Of a DNA stretch of 64,000 bases, positions 39,415 through 48,532 are shown in pieces. This stretch comes from Candidatus Bipolaricaulota bacterium. GTDB taxonomy: Bacteria > Bipolaricaulota > Bipolaricaulia > UBA7950 > UBA9294. Both the position numbers and the translations under genes were made by a program. Location of the stretch: NCBI GenBank assembly GCA_040752575.1, contig JBFMGK010000003.1, positions 32,001 through 96,000 of the forward strand, in the 5' to 3' direction. How positions within the stretch are numbered: position 1 is the first letter of the stretch; each line of letters begins with the position of its first letter. The notes below the pieces were generated by a model. That model saw only the letters and a program-made list of their open reading frames with translations. It was not told the origin of the DNA and did not search any database.

Positions 39415-41352
39415 ATGGTGCGATTGACGCTGCCCGACGGGTCGGTGCGCGAGGTTCCGGCGGGGACTTCGATACTGGAGATTGCCGAGGCGATCGGTCC
39501 ACGGCTTGCTCAGGCTTCGGTGTGCGCGCGCCTCAACGGCGAACTCGCCGACCTGCGTCAGCCGGTCCTCGCGGATGGGACGCTGTCGCTTTGCGTTGCC
39601 GGCACACCCGACGCCCTCGAGACGCTCCGACACACGGCGAGCCACGTCCTCGCACAGGCGGTCAAGCGGCGGTTCCCCGAAGCGAAACTCGGCATCGGGC
39701 CGGCGATCGACGACGGGTTCTACTATGACATCGACCGGCCGGGTGGGTTCGCCGAAGACGATCTGGGCAAGCTCTCTGCCGAGATGGAGACGATCGTCGC
39801 CGCGAACTTGCCCATCTCCCGACGCGACCTCGCCAAGGACGACGCACGGGCCTTGTTCGCGGCGCGAGGGGAAAGCTACAAGCTTGAACTCCTCGACGAC
39901 ATCGAAGGCGAGACGGTCAGCGTATTCGAGCAAGGGGAGTTCATCGACCTCTGTCGCGGGCCGCACCTGCGGTCGACCGGCGCTCTACGATCCGATGCGT
40001 TTCGGCTGACCTCGATTGCCGGAGCCTACTGGCGCGGCGACGAAAAGCGCCCGATGCTGCAGCGCATCTACGGGACGGCCTGGGAGAGCAAGAAAGACCT
40101 CGACGCGCACCTGTGGCGGCTCGAAGAGGCAGCCAAGCGCGACCACCGCAAGCTGGGCAAGGATCTCGACCTGTTCAGCATCCACGACGCCGGCGGAGCC
40201 GGCCTCATCTGCTGGCACCCCAAGGGAGCGCGCCTGCGGCGGACCCTCGAGGAGTTCTGGTACGCCGAACACGACAAGAACGGCTACGAGATCGTCACCA
40301 CGCCGCACATCGGCAAAGGCGACCTGTGGGCGATCAGCGGACACCTCGACTTCTATCGCGAGAACATGTACTCGCCGATGGACATCGACGGCGTCGACTA
40401 CTACGTCAAGCCGATGAACTGCCCCTACCAAATCCTGATCTACAAGACGCGCGGGCACTCCTACCGCGAGCTTCCGCTGCGCTTGGCGGAGCTGGGAACC
40501 GTCTACCGCTATGAGCGTTCCGGCGTACTGCACGGCCTTCTCCGCGTGCGCGGGTTCACCATCGACGATGCGCACATCATCTGCCGCCCCGATCAGGTCG
40601 ACGATGAGATCCGCGGCGTCTACGACTTCAGCATCGCCATGCTGTCGGCGTTCGGGTTCAGGGACTTCGACATCTACCTTGCGACCCGACCCCACGAGGG
40701 CAAGGCGGTCGGCGAGCCCGAAGCCTGGGAGCAGGCGACGGCTGCCCTCCGTGCGGCGCTCGATGCGCATGGCTTGCCGTACAAGGTCGATGACGGCGGC
40801 GGAGCGTTCTACGGCCCGAAGATCGACATCAAGGTGAAGGACACGCTGGGCCGGCCGTGGCAGTGCTCGACGATCCAGTTCGACTTCAACCTTCCCGAGC
40901 GGTTCGACATGACGTACATCGCCGAGGATGGGACAGCGCGGCGTCCCTACGTCGTCCACCGTGCGCTTCTGGGCAGTCTCGAGCGGTTCATCGGCTGCCT
41001 CATCGAGCACTACGGCGGAGCGTTCCCCCCCTGGCTTGCGCCGACCCAGGTTGTCGTCATCCCGATTGCCGATCGGCACGTGGAGGCTGTCCGCGACATC
41101 GTCAAGACCCTGCGTGCCGCGGGGCTCCGTGCGGTCGCCGACGAGTCCGGCGAACGCATGAACGCGAAGATCCGCGAAGCCCAGCTTCAGAAGGTCCCCT
41201 ACATGCTTGTTGTCGGAGATCGCGAGGCGGCGGCCGGCGCGGCGTCGGTACGGCTTCGTACCGGTGAAGACAAGGGAGCCGTTCCTCTCGAGTCGTTCAT
41301 CGCGGCCGCCCGCCGGCAGATCGACGGCAAGCAGGCCGAGCTCTGGCCTTAG
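39415..41352 (+). CDS. thrS: Threonine--tRNA ligase
   Basis: TGS domain, HTASH, DLCRGPH, RDHRKLG, KPMNCP and GAFYGPKID. Confidence 0.98.
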   Translation: MVRLTLPDGSVREVPAGTSILEIAEAIGPRLAQASVCARLNGELADLRQPVLADGTLSLCVAGTPDALETLRHTASHVLAQAVKRRFPEAKLGIGPAIDDGFYYDIDRPGGFAEDDLGKLSAEMETIVAANLPISRRDLAKDDARALFAARGESYKLELLDDIEGETVSVFEQGEFIDLCRGPHLRSTGALRSDAFRLTSIAGAYWRGDEKRPMLQRIYGTAWESKKDLDAHLWRLEEAAKRDHRKLGKDLDLFSIHDAGGAGLICWHPKGARLRRTLEEFWYAEHDKNGYEIVTTPHIGKGDLWAISGHLDFYRENMYSPMDIDGVDYYVKPMNCPYQILIYKTRGHSYRELPLRLAELGTVYRYERSGVLHGLLRVRGFTIDDAHIICRPDQVDDEIRGVYDFSIAMLSAFGFRDFDIYLATRPHEGKAVGEPEAWEQATAALRAALDAHGLPYKVDDGGGAFYGPKIDIKVKDTLGRPWQCSTIQFDFNLPERFDMTYIAEDGTARRPYVVHRALLGSLERFIGCLIEHYGGAFPPWLAPTQVVVIPIADRHVEAVRDIVKTLRAAGLRAVADESGERMNAKIREAQLQKVPYMLVVGDREAAAGAASVRLRTGEDKGAVPLESFIAAARRQIDGKQAELWP

Positions 41353-41362
41353 GCTGCTGCGG

Positions 41363-42547
41363 TCAGGAAGCCCAACGCAACAGGGCGTCGGCGCGATCGC
41401 TGCGCTCCCAGGGCAGATCGAGATCGTCACGGCCGAAGTGCCCGTAGGCCGATAGCGGCTCATAGATCGGCCGCAGGAGGTCGAGCGAGCGCTCGATCGC
41501 CAAGGGACGGAAGTCGAAGACTTCAAGGACCGCGTCGCGCAGACGGGCCTCGTCGACCTGACCGGTGCCGCGCGTGTCGATGTCCACCGCAAGAGGCTGC
41601 GCCCGCCCGATGGCGTAGGAGACCTCGACGACGACCTCGCGTGCCAACCCGGCAGCGACGAGGTTCTTGGCCACATAGCGGGCCATGTACGCCCCGCTGC
41701 GGTCGACCTTTGTCGGGTCTTTCCCCGAGAAGGCTCCGCCGCCGTGCGGCGCGAAGCCGCCATAGGTATCAACGATGATCTTGCGTCCGGTCATTCCCGA
41801 GTCGGACGCGGGGCCGCCGATCTCGAATCTCCCGGAGGTGTTGACGAGCACATGGGTCTTGGCGTCCAGCCAGTCTCCCAGAACCGGCCGGACGACGTCC
41901 TCGCGGACCGCCTCCTCGATTTTCTTCTGAGGAACACCCGGCGCGTGCTGCGCGGCGATCAGAACCGTGTCCACGCGGACGGGCCGTCCACCCTCGTACT
42001 CGACGGTCACCTGCGACTTCCCGTCCGGGCGCAGAAACGCGACGATCCCTTGCTTGCGCACCGCGGCGAGTCGCTCGACCAAGCGATGTGCGAGGTGGAT
42101 GGGCAGCGGCATTTGCGAGACCCCATCGTCGCGCGCATAGCCGAAGACAATGCCCTGATCCCCCGCTCCGCGAGCGTCGAGAGGGTCGGTCGATCCTTCG
42201 CGAGCTTCGAGCGATCGGCCGACGGCTCCGGCGATGTCCGGCGACTGCGCCTTGATCGCCGAGAGGACTGCGCAGTCCTGGAAGTGAAACCCCAACTCGG
42301 GGCGGTCGTAGCCGATGTCGGCCAACACGCGCCGGACGAGCGTCGGAACATCGACGTAGCCCTTTGTTGTGATCTCCCCGCCCACGACGACAAGGCCCGT
42401 CGTGAGGAAGGTCTCGCAGGCAACGTGCGCTGCCGTGTCCTCTGCGAGAAGGGCGTCGAGCACGGCGTCCGAGATCCGATCGGCAATCTTGTCCGGATGT
42501 CCCTCGGTGACCGACTCGGACGTCCGCAAGGTCTTTCGCGGCTTCAT
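41363..42547 (-). CDS. metK: S-adenosylmethionine synthase
   Basis: [25 protein letters not shown] and [16 protein letters not shown]. Confidence 0.98.
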   Translation of the reverse strand: MKPRKTLRTSESVTEGHPDKIADRISDAVLDALLAEDTAAHVACETFLTTGLVVVGGEITTKGYVDVPTLVRRVLADIGYDRPELGFHFQDCAVLSAIKAQSPDIAGAVGRSLEAREGSTDPLDARGAGDQGIVFGYARDDGVSQMPLPIHLAHRLVERLAAVRKQGIVAFLRPDGKSQVTVEYEGGRPVRVDTVLIAAQHAPGVPQKKIEEAVREDVVRPVLGDWLDAKTHVLVNTSGRFEIGGPASDSGMTGRKIIVDTYGGFAPHGGGAFSGKDPTKVDRSGAYMARYVAKNLVAAGLAREVVVEVSYAIGRAQPLAVDIDTRGTGQVDEARLRDAVLEVFDFRPLAIERSLDLLRPIYEPLSAYGHFGRDDLDLPWERSDRADALLRWAS

Positions 42548-42641
42548 GATGGTCTAAGCGTAGTCCTGCTCTTAGGCCGGCGCAACGTTTGCCGCCCTGC
42601 GCCGCGGGAGCTACGATGCTGTTCCCGAAAGGGAGGAGAGC

Positions 42642-43934
42642 GTGGCGAACTTCGAGCTGGCCTACGGTCGAGGCTTCGTGAGTTTGGAGGTCCCCGACCG
42701 GAACCTCGCCGCCGTCCTCGAGCCCCGCGCGATGCCCACCGTCGAACTGCGTCAAGCATTCCGGGCTGCCTGGGATTCTCCGCACGGGATGATCGATCCG
42801 GCCTCAACGCTTCGGCGTGGGGCGAGTCTTGTCTTTGTCGTCACCGATCATACGCGGCGAACCCCGACGCGCGACGTCTTCCCGCTCGTCTGGGAACGTC
42901 TGGTGGACGTGGTAGAGCCACAAGACGTCACGCTCCTCGTCGGCACCGGAACGCACCGCGCATCGACCGATGAGGAGCTGGAACGAATGCTCGGCGACGT
43001 GCGGCGGCAGTTTCGCGTTGTCCAGCACGATTGCGATGGAGATGTGGTCGAGGTCGGACGGAGTCGACGCGGTACGCCGATCCTTGTGAATCGCCTTGTG
43101 GCCGAGGCCGATCACGTAGTGACCCTCGGTCACGTCGGCATGCACTACTACGCCGGCTACTCCGGCGGTCGGAAGAACATCCTGCCGGGCGTTGCCGCGC
43201 GGGCAACGATCGAGGCGAACCACGCCCAGCTTTCCGATCCGCAAAGCCGTGCCTGCGTCTACCAGGGCAACCCGGTCAGCGACGAGATGGTTGAAGCCGC
43301 ACAGATGGTGCGGATGGCCTTCCTGGTCGACGTGGTGCTCGACGCCAGCGGTGCGGTGGCCAAAGTCGTCGTCGGCGAGCCCGAGGCCGCGCACGCCGAG
43401 GCGCGCCGATTCTGGGACGCACACGCCAAGGTCCGGCTGGAAGGGCGCGCCGACGTAGTTATCGCCTCGGCCGGAGGGCATCCCAAGGACATCGACCTGT
43501 ATCAAGCGCACAAGGCCGAGTACATGGCGGCCTGCGCGACGCGCGATGGGGGAATCGTCGCTCTGGCGGCCTCGTGCCCGGATGGAATTGGCAACAAGGT
43601 GTTTCGAGACTGGATCGAGAGAAGCGAGCGACCGGAAGATGTCGAGCGCTTGCTTGCCTCGGAGGGCTTCAAGCTTGGCGGCCACAAAGCCGTCTACTTG
43701 GCGCGCGACGCGCGTCGCATCGACGTATGCCTAAGGTCCGAGCTGGATCCGAGAACCGTACGGCGCTTCTTCGTCCATCCGGTCGAAGATCTCGCGGAGG
43801 TGCTGAAGATGGCTCGTCGGCGATTCGGCGAGGACTACCGGGCGGTCGTGATGCCGCACGCTGGCGACGTCTTCCCGGTTTGCAGCGAGGCCGCCGCTTG
43901 TGGCTCGGGACACGGGGAAGGGGAGGTCGGATGA
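42642..43934 (+). CDS. larA: Nickel-pincer-dependent lactate racemase family protein (LarA homolog)
   Basis: TDHTR, GTGTHR, HYYAGYSGGRK, IEANH and GGHPKDIDLYQAHK. Confidence 0.85.
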   Translation: MANFELAYGRGFVSLEVPDRNLAAVLEPRAMPTVELRQAFRAAWDSPHGMIDPASTLRRGASLVFVVTDHTRRTPTRDVFPLVWERLVDVVEPQDVTLLVGTGTHRASTDEELERMLGDVRRQFRVVQHDCDGDVVEVGRSRRGTPILVNRLVAEADHVVTLGHVGMHYYAGYSGGRKNILPGVAARATIEANHAQLSDPQSRACVYQGNPVSDEMVEAAQMVRMAFLVDVVLDASGAVAKVVVGEPEAAHAEARRFWDAHAKVRLEGRADVVIASAGGHPKDIDLYQAHKAEYMAACATRDGGIVALAASCPDGIGNKVFRDWIERSERPEDVERLLASEGFKLGGHKAVYLARDARRIDVCLRSELDPRTVRRFFVHPVEDLAEVLKMARRRFGEDYRAVVMPHAGDVFPVCSEAAACGSGHGEGEVG

Positions 43935-44419
43935 CGCCGATTGAAGAGGCCGTACGACGCGAAGAGGAGGCGAGGAAGACCTACGCCGAAGCAGCGGCGC
44001 GTGTTCGTGATGTGGGCGCGCGGAAGATCCTCACGCTCCTCGCCGAGCAGGAAGCCGAGCATGCAAAGGCCCTGCGCGCCGTAGCGAAGCGAAGTGCACC
44101 GGCGGACGAGGGTCTTGTCGCAGAGGCCCGCACGTGGATTCAGAGCGCGATCGAGGGAGGGGCGTTGAGGATCTCGGAAGATGCCGAATTGCTTGAGATC
44201 CTGCGGCGTGCCTCGGATCTAGAACGAAAGACCGAGGCGTTCTATCGAGAGCAGGCACGCGCCGACGAGGAGAGGAACCCGCGACACGCCGAGCTTTTTC
44301 GGGAGCTGGCCGACGCCGAACGCGGGCACTTCGTCTTCGTAACGTCCCTTGTCGACTACTTCGACCGCCCGAGCGCTTGGATCGAAGCCGCGGAGTTCGG
44401 TCTTCGTCCCGACTACTAG
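43931..44419 (+). CDS. Ferritin-like/rubrerythrin-family diiron protein without a rubredoxin domain
   Basis: ATG at 43931 overlapping the larA stop; E..A...Y, EAEH and E....FY...ERGH paired helix motifs. Confidence 0.75.
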   Translation: MTPIEEAVRREEEARKTYAEAAARVRDVGARKILTLLAEQEAEHAKALRAVAKRSAPADEGLVAEARTWIQSAIEGGALRISEDAELLEILRRASDLERKTEAFYREQARADEERNPRHAELFRELADAERGHFVFVTSLVDYFDRPSAWIEAAEFGLRPDY

Positions 44420-44424
44420 GGACG

Positions 44425-44658
44425 CTACACGTAGACCGTCAGCGCGAGCACGAGGTGGACGAGCGCCAGGAGAAGGCCCACGCTGGCCATGAGCCGATGC
44501 GCGCCGACAGAAACGCGTCGCAGCGCCGGAATGCGCCTCTTGAGACTCGCGCTGCCCGCCGCGAGGACCATCAGGACCAGCGCGACGAGCCCGAACCAGA
44601 CAACGACGGGAAACGGTCCGAGAACTGTGCCGTACCCGAACGAGCGCAGAGCGTCCAA
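44425..44658 (-). CDS. Small 2-TM membrane protein with a His54/His68 pair
   Basis: 77 aa; TTG start 2 nt after the DOMON gene stop, with SD GGAGG; two hydrophobic helices. Confidence 0.7.
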   Translation of the reverse strand: MDALRSFGYGTVLGPFPVVVWFGLVALVLMVLAAGSASLKRRIPALRRVSVGAHRLMASVGLLLALVHLVLALTVYV

Positions 44659-44660
44659 TC

Positions 44661-45539
44661 CTATCGACCTCCGTCGAGAACGATCGAGCCCGTGGATCGT
44701 CGGGTATGGCGGCTCACGAAGTCGTCTTGCGTCGCATGGAGCGCCAGCAGGACGGTGACGTGCTGTCCCGGCTCAAGATGAGCGTCTGATGGATCGCCGG
44801 ACGCGAGCCGAAGCGAGAACTCGACGACCGACACGCCATTGGCCTCGACACCGGCGGCTTGGATGACATGGGACGTCGCATCCTTTCGATGCACCGTCTG
44901 CCCAACGCCGTAGTGGTCTTCGACGAGAACTTGTCCGCCCACGATGGCCGCGAGGAGGAAGTCGGCACCCTGCATCCGCGCCGACGGGTCCAGCCCCACC
45001 GCCATCCACCCAGTCGTGGCGGCCGAGAGACCGAGGGACAGCACCTCGGCGTCGTTCTGCCACGATAGGGTGATCCCGGTCTCGGAGTCCGTCCAGGTGT
45101 GGCGATACTCTCCGGCTTCGATGCGGCCGTCGACCCGCGGCGGCCAATCGATGTCGATCTGGGGTCCGTCGACCGGGACCTCGATCGAGCCGTCCACCAA
45201 TACGGGTCCGACGACCATTCGCCACGCTCGATCGACGGGCGGAGGATCGTAGCGCCCGTTTCCGCTGTCGTCAGCATAAAGGTCGATGCGATACGACCTT
45301 CCCGTTTCGAGGGACCCGAGATCGAGTTCAAATGGTGCCGACTCCACCTTCGGAACGTCGAACCGCGCAAGCTCGGCGAACGTCGCAGCGTCGACGACAC
45401 GCACCCCGAAGGCGTGCCCGACGAAGTCCTCCCCTTCGCCGAAACGGAGGCTGAGCGTTGCCGCGTTTGCCGCGACGGCTGCCGCAGCCAGCACAGCGAA
45501 CGTCAACGCCGCCCGCCGTCCGAATCCCCAGCGCCTCAT
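44661..45539 (-). CDS. Exported DOMON-domain protein
   Basis: Start MRRWG at 45539 with SD GAGGAGG; signal peptide; C-terminal TTGWMAVGL..RMQGADF...H...SRH DOMON pattern. Confidence 0.8.
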   Translation of the reverse strand: MRRWGFGRRAALTFAVLAAAAVAANAATLSLRFGEGEDFVGHAFGVRVVDAATFAELARFDVPKVESAPFELDLGSLETGRSYRIDLYADDSGNGRYDPPPVDRAWRMVVGPVLVDGSIEVPVDGPQIDIDWPPRVDGRIEAGEYRHTWTDSETGITLSWQNDAEVLSLGLSAATTGWMAVGLDPSARMQGADFLLAAIVGGQVLVEDHYGVGQTVHRKDATSHVIQAAGVEANGVSVVEFSLRLASGDPSDAHLEPGQHVTVLLALHATQDDFVSRHTRRSTGSIVLDGGR

Positions 45540-45582
45540 GCAGACCTCCTCATGGATGACAGACCCCTTACCAATACGCTCG

Positions 45583-45612
45583 AGCATAGACCGAGTCGCT
45601 GGCAAGGGTCAA
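45583..45612 (-). promoter_or_regulatory. Possible sigma70 promoter for the DOMON gene pair
   Basis: TTGACC-N18-TATGCT. Confidence 0.45.
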
Positions 45613-45639
45613 CGGCCGCCACGGCGTCGCGTGCAGGGG

Positions 45640-46218
45640 TCATCCCGCAGACGGAGTCGCATCCGTGAACGAGAACCGGTTCCAGGCGATCACGTCGGGC
45701 AACGGCCGGCGATCACGGGGCGCCGCCTCCTCCGCGCGATGCTTGTCGGACAGCTTCGATGCGTCGCCCGGCCAGCCGAGGACCACGAGGGTGATCAGCG
45801 TGTAGTCGTCGGGGATCGCCAAGGCAGCACGCGCCTCCGCGGCGCGATAACCGGCGATCGGATGCGCAACAAGTCCCATCTCCGTTGCCTGGATCATCAG
45901 CTGCGCGACGGCCAACCCGCAGCCAAACAGGTAGTACTCCCGACCGTCGGGAATGACGCAGTCCAAGTCGCGTCGCGAAGCCACGGCGATGATCGCCGGG
46001 GCAACTTGGGCCCAGTAGTTGCCTGCAGAAAGAGAGGCCTTGACCTCTTCGAGGGCCGGCGAGGCATCCGCGACGACGAATCGCCACGGCTGTCGGTTGG
46101 CGCACGAGGGGGCAAGGTGGGCCGCGGCGAGAAGCGTTTCGACGACCTCGCGAGCGATAGGTTCGGTGGAAAGCGCGCGTCGAGCGCGTCGCGCTTCGAT
46201 TGCCGGAAGAAGGTTCAT
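45640..46218 (-). CDS. Nitroreductase family protein
   Basis: IEARRARR, APSCANRQPWRF and QATEMGLVAHPIAG. Confidence 0.9.
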   Translation of the reverse strand: MNLLPAIEARRARRALSTEPIAREVVETLLAAAHLAPSCANRQPWRFVVADASPALEEVKASLSAGNYWAQVAPAIIAVASRRDLDCVIPDGREYYLFGCGLAVAQLMIQATEMGLVAHPIAGYRAAEARAALAIPDDYTLITLVVLGWPGDASKLSDKHRAEEAAPRDRRPLPDVIAWNRFSFTDATPSAG

Positions 46219-46278
46219 GTCGACCCTCCGAAGCTGCGGGCCACGAACACCGCGTTCGGCGCCGTGGCCCGGTGATCC

Positions 46279-46620
46279 CTAGAGCGTGAGAGACCCTTCC
46301 CACAGACCGTGCAAGTTGCAGTACTCCACGGCGACCAACTCGCTCAATCCTTCGAGGTTCGCGTGGGTGACGACGATGGGCTTCCCGTACGTCGGCCCGA
46401 GGTCGAACGTCGCGATGTGAACCGCCACGCCGTTCTTCACGCCGAACAGGGCGATCCATTTGATGTGATGCTCGACGGTGTTGGGGTGCGCGACCTCCTT
46501 GCCAACCGTGATCTTGATCGCGTTCTCGCCGCACTCCTGGCAGCTCACCCGTTCGATGGTCGGAACGTGCTTCTCTTTCCCCTCCTGGGCGCCACCCTTC
46601 ACAAGCTCTGCGAATCTCAT
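46279..46620 (-). CDS. Superoxide reductase (neelaredoxin/1Fe-SOR type)
   Basis: EKHVP, HPNTVEHHIKWI and YCNLHGLWE. Confidence 0.93.
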   Translation of the reverse strand: MRFAELVKGGAQEGKEKHVPTIERVSCQECGENAIKITVGKEVAHPNTVEHHIKWIALFGVKNGVAVHIATFDLGPTYGKPIVVTHANLEGLSELVAVEYCNLHGLWEGSLTL

Positions 46621-46652
46621 GGCAACTCCCCTTTCGCGGGCACTCGGCCCGC

Positions 46653-47156
46653 CTAGAACGTCTTGAACACGTCGCGCTTCGCCCCGCATACGGGGCAGTA
46701 CTCCGGCGCCTCACCCTCGACCGTGTAGCCACACACGGGGCAGATGTGCACCAGGCCAAGGGTCAGGTCCTTTGCCGACGCGATCTTGCTCTTGGCCTCC
46801 CGATACATCGTCTCGTGGATCTTCTCGGCTTCGAGGGCGAAGTGCGCCGATCGGACGGCCCCTTTCTCGCCCTGGAACCGCGCAGCGTTCTCGTAGACGG
46901 GGTACATCTCGGTGACCTCGTGGTTCTCGCCGGCGATGCAGGTCTCCAGATTCGCCGCCGCATCTTGCAGCTTCCCGAGCTCGCGGAAGTGATTGGTGGC
47001 ATGAACCTGCTCCGCGTACGCGATCGCTCGGAAGAGGCGCGAGAGCTGGGGTCGGCCTTCCTTCTCGGCTGCTTCGGCGAAGATCAGGTATCGCATGTGG
47101 GCCTGGCTCTCTCCTGAGAACGCGGCCTCCAGAAACTCCCGGGTCATCGCATGCAT
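46653..47156 (-). CDS. Rubrerythrin
   Basis: AFSGESQA, EQVHA, EKIH and C-terminal CPVCG...CPVCG. Confidence 0.93.
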   Translation of the reverse strand: MHAMTREFLEAAFSGESQAHMRYLIFAEAAEKEGRPQLSRLFRAIAYAEQVHATNHFRELGKLQDAAANLETCIAGENHEVTEMYPVYENAARFQGEKGAVRSAHFALEAEKIHETMYREAKSKIASAKDLTLGLVHICPVCGYTVEGEAPEYCPVCGAKRDVFKTF

Positions 47157-47171
47157 GAGTCCCTCCTTTGC

Positions 47172-47639
47172 CTAGCGCTGCAGTCCCTGAACGACTCGCA
47201 GGAGTTCGCCCACATCGGGGACTTCCTTCATGGGGTAGACCTTCACGAAGCGCACGATGCCGTCAGCATCCACGACGATCGCCGCACGCTCCGAGAACCC
47301 ATCCCCCTCGCGGAAGATCCCAAAGGCCTGCGCTGCGGCACCATGGGGCCAGAAGTCCGAGAGAAGCCGCGTCTTCTCGACGTGCATCGACTCGGCCCAT
47401 GCCTTCTTGGACGGCACGGGGTCCACGCTCACGCCGAGCGCGACGCACCCTGCCGTCTCGAAGGTCTCGAAGTTCATCTCGAGGGCCTCCATCTGCCGCA
47501 GACAAACGCTGGTCCACGCCAAGGGGTGAAACGAGAGCAAGACGTTCTTTCCCCGCAGCTCCGCGAGATCGACAACTCGACCATCCTGGTCCTTCAGCGA
47601 GAGCTTTGGCGCGGGGGCGCCGACGCGAATCGGACTCAT
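47172..47639 (-). CDS. Peroxiredoxin (AhpE/AhpC-TSA type, 1-Cys)
   Basis: Start MSPIR at 47639; FHPLAWTSVC (PxxxTxxC), SDFWPHG and ERA. Confidence 0.9.
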   Translation of the reverse strand: MSPIRVGAPAPKLSLKDQDGRVVDLAELRGKNVLLSFHPLAWTSVCLRQMEALEMNFETFETAGCVALGVSVDPVPSKKAWAESMHVEKTRLLSDFWPHGAAAQAFGIFREGDGFSERAAIVVDADGIVRFVKVYPMKEVPDVGELLRVVQGLQR

Positions 47640-48532
47640 CCTTTCTCCTTTGTCGGTTCCTTTCCTTCCGGGTCCACGACCCATGCTGCAAGGTGCGTCT
47701 CGATGGCTGCACGGCCGATACGCGGCATCCAGGCGAGCGGCCCGGAGCCGACCCGCTTGCGGTAAGCGGTTGCGAAGGTCGGTCGCGGTTCGGTTTCGTA
47801 GAGCACGCCGATGGCGAATCGGTCCGGAGCGTCCAGCGCCAGGCGGATCGCCGCGTCGCGTTGGGTGGGGTCGTGGTCCTCGGGGACGGCGAAGACCCGT
47901 TCGCGATACCAGTCGACGGGATGGCTTCCCCACGTGATGCACGGCTGAATCACGTCGACGAGCGACAACCCACGGTGGGCGATCGCGCGTTCGAGGATCG
48001 CGGCCAGCCCGTCCAGATCGCCGGCGAAGCCGCGCGCCACGAACGTGCAGTTGTGCACAATCGCTGTCGCCAGCATCTGCGCCGGATCGACATCGACGCC
48101 GTCGAACTGCAGGCGCGTGCGCTCGCCGAGCGGCGTGGTTGGCGACGCCTGACCTTTCGTCAGCGCGTAGATCCGGTTGTTGTGGACGATCACCGTCAGG
48201 TTGGGGTTGCGTCGGAACGCGTGGAGGAGGTGATTGCCTCCTTCGCCGTACAGGTCGCCGTCCCCCGACGTGACGATCGTCGTCATCTCAGGATTCGCCA
48301 CCTGAATGCCGATCGCGGCCGGGATCGCTCGTCCGTGGAGTCCGTTGAAGACGTGGGCGTCTACGTAGTGCGGCAGCTTCGCTGCTTGGCCGATGCCCGA
48401 CACAAGGCAGACCCGGTGGGGTGGGAGGTCAAGGCGTTCAAGCGCCCGCTTGAGCGCCGCAAGGATCCCGTAGTTCGGGCAGCCCGGGCACCACTGGTTC
48501 TCGACCGCAAGGTCGCGTTCGGGCGTCGTCAT
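47636..48532 (-). CDS. 2-oxoacid:ferredoxin oxidoreductase beta subunit
   Basis: WCPGC, SGIG, LHGR, TPP-binding GDGD...NN, TKGQASPT and QPC. Confidence 0.93.
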   Translation of the reverse strand: MTTPERDLAVENQWCPGCPNYGILAALKRALERLDLPPHRVCLVSGIGQAAKLPHYVDAHVFNGLHGRAIPAAIGIQVANPEMTTIVTSGDGDLYGEGGNHLLHAFRRNPNLTVIVHNNRIYALTKGQASPTTPLGERTRLQFDGVDVDPAQMLATAIVHNCTFVARGFAGDLDGLAAILERAIAHRGLSLVDVIQPCITWGSHPVDWYRERVFAVPEDHDPTQRDAAIRLALDAPDRFAIGVLYETEPRPTFATAYRKRVGSGPLAWMPRIGRAAIETHLAAWVVDPEGKEPTKEKG

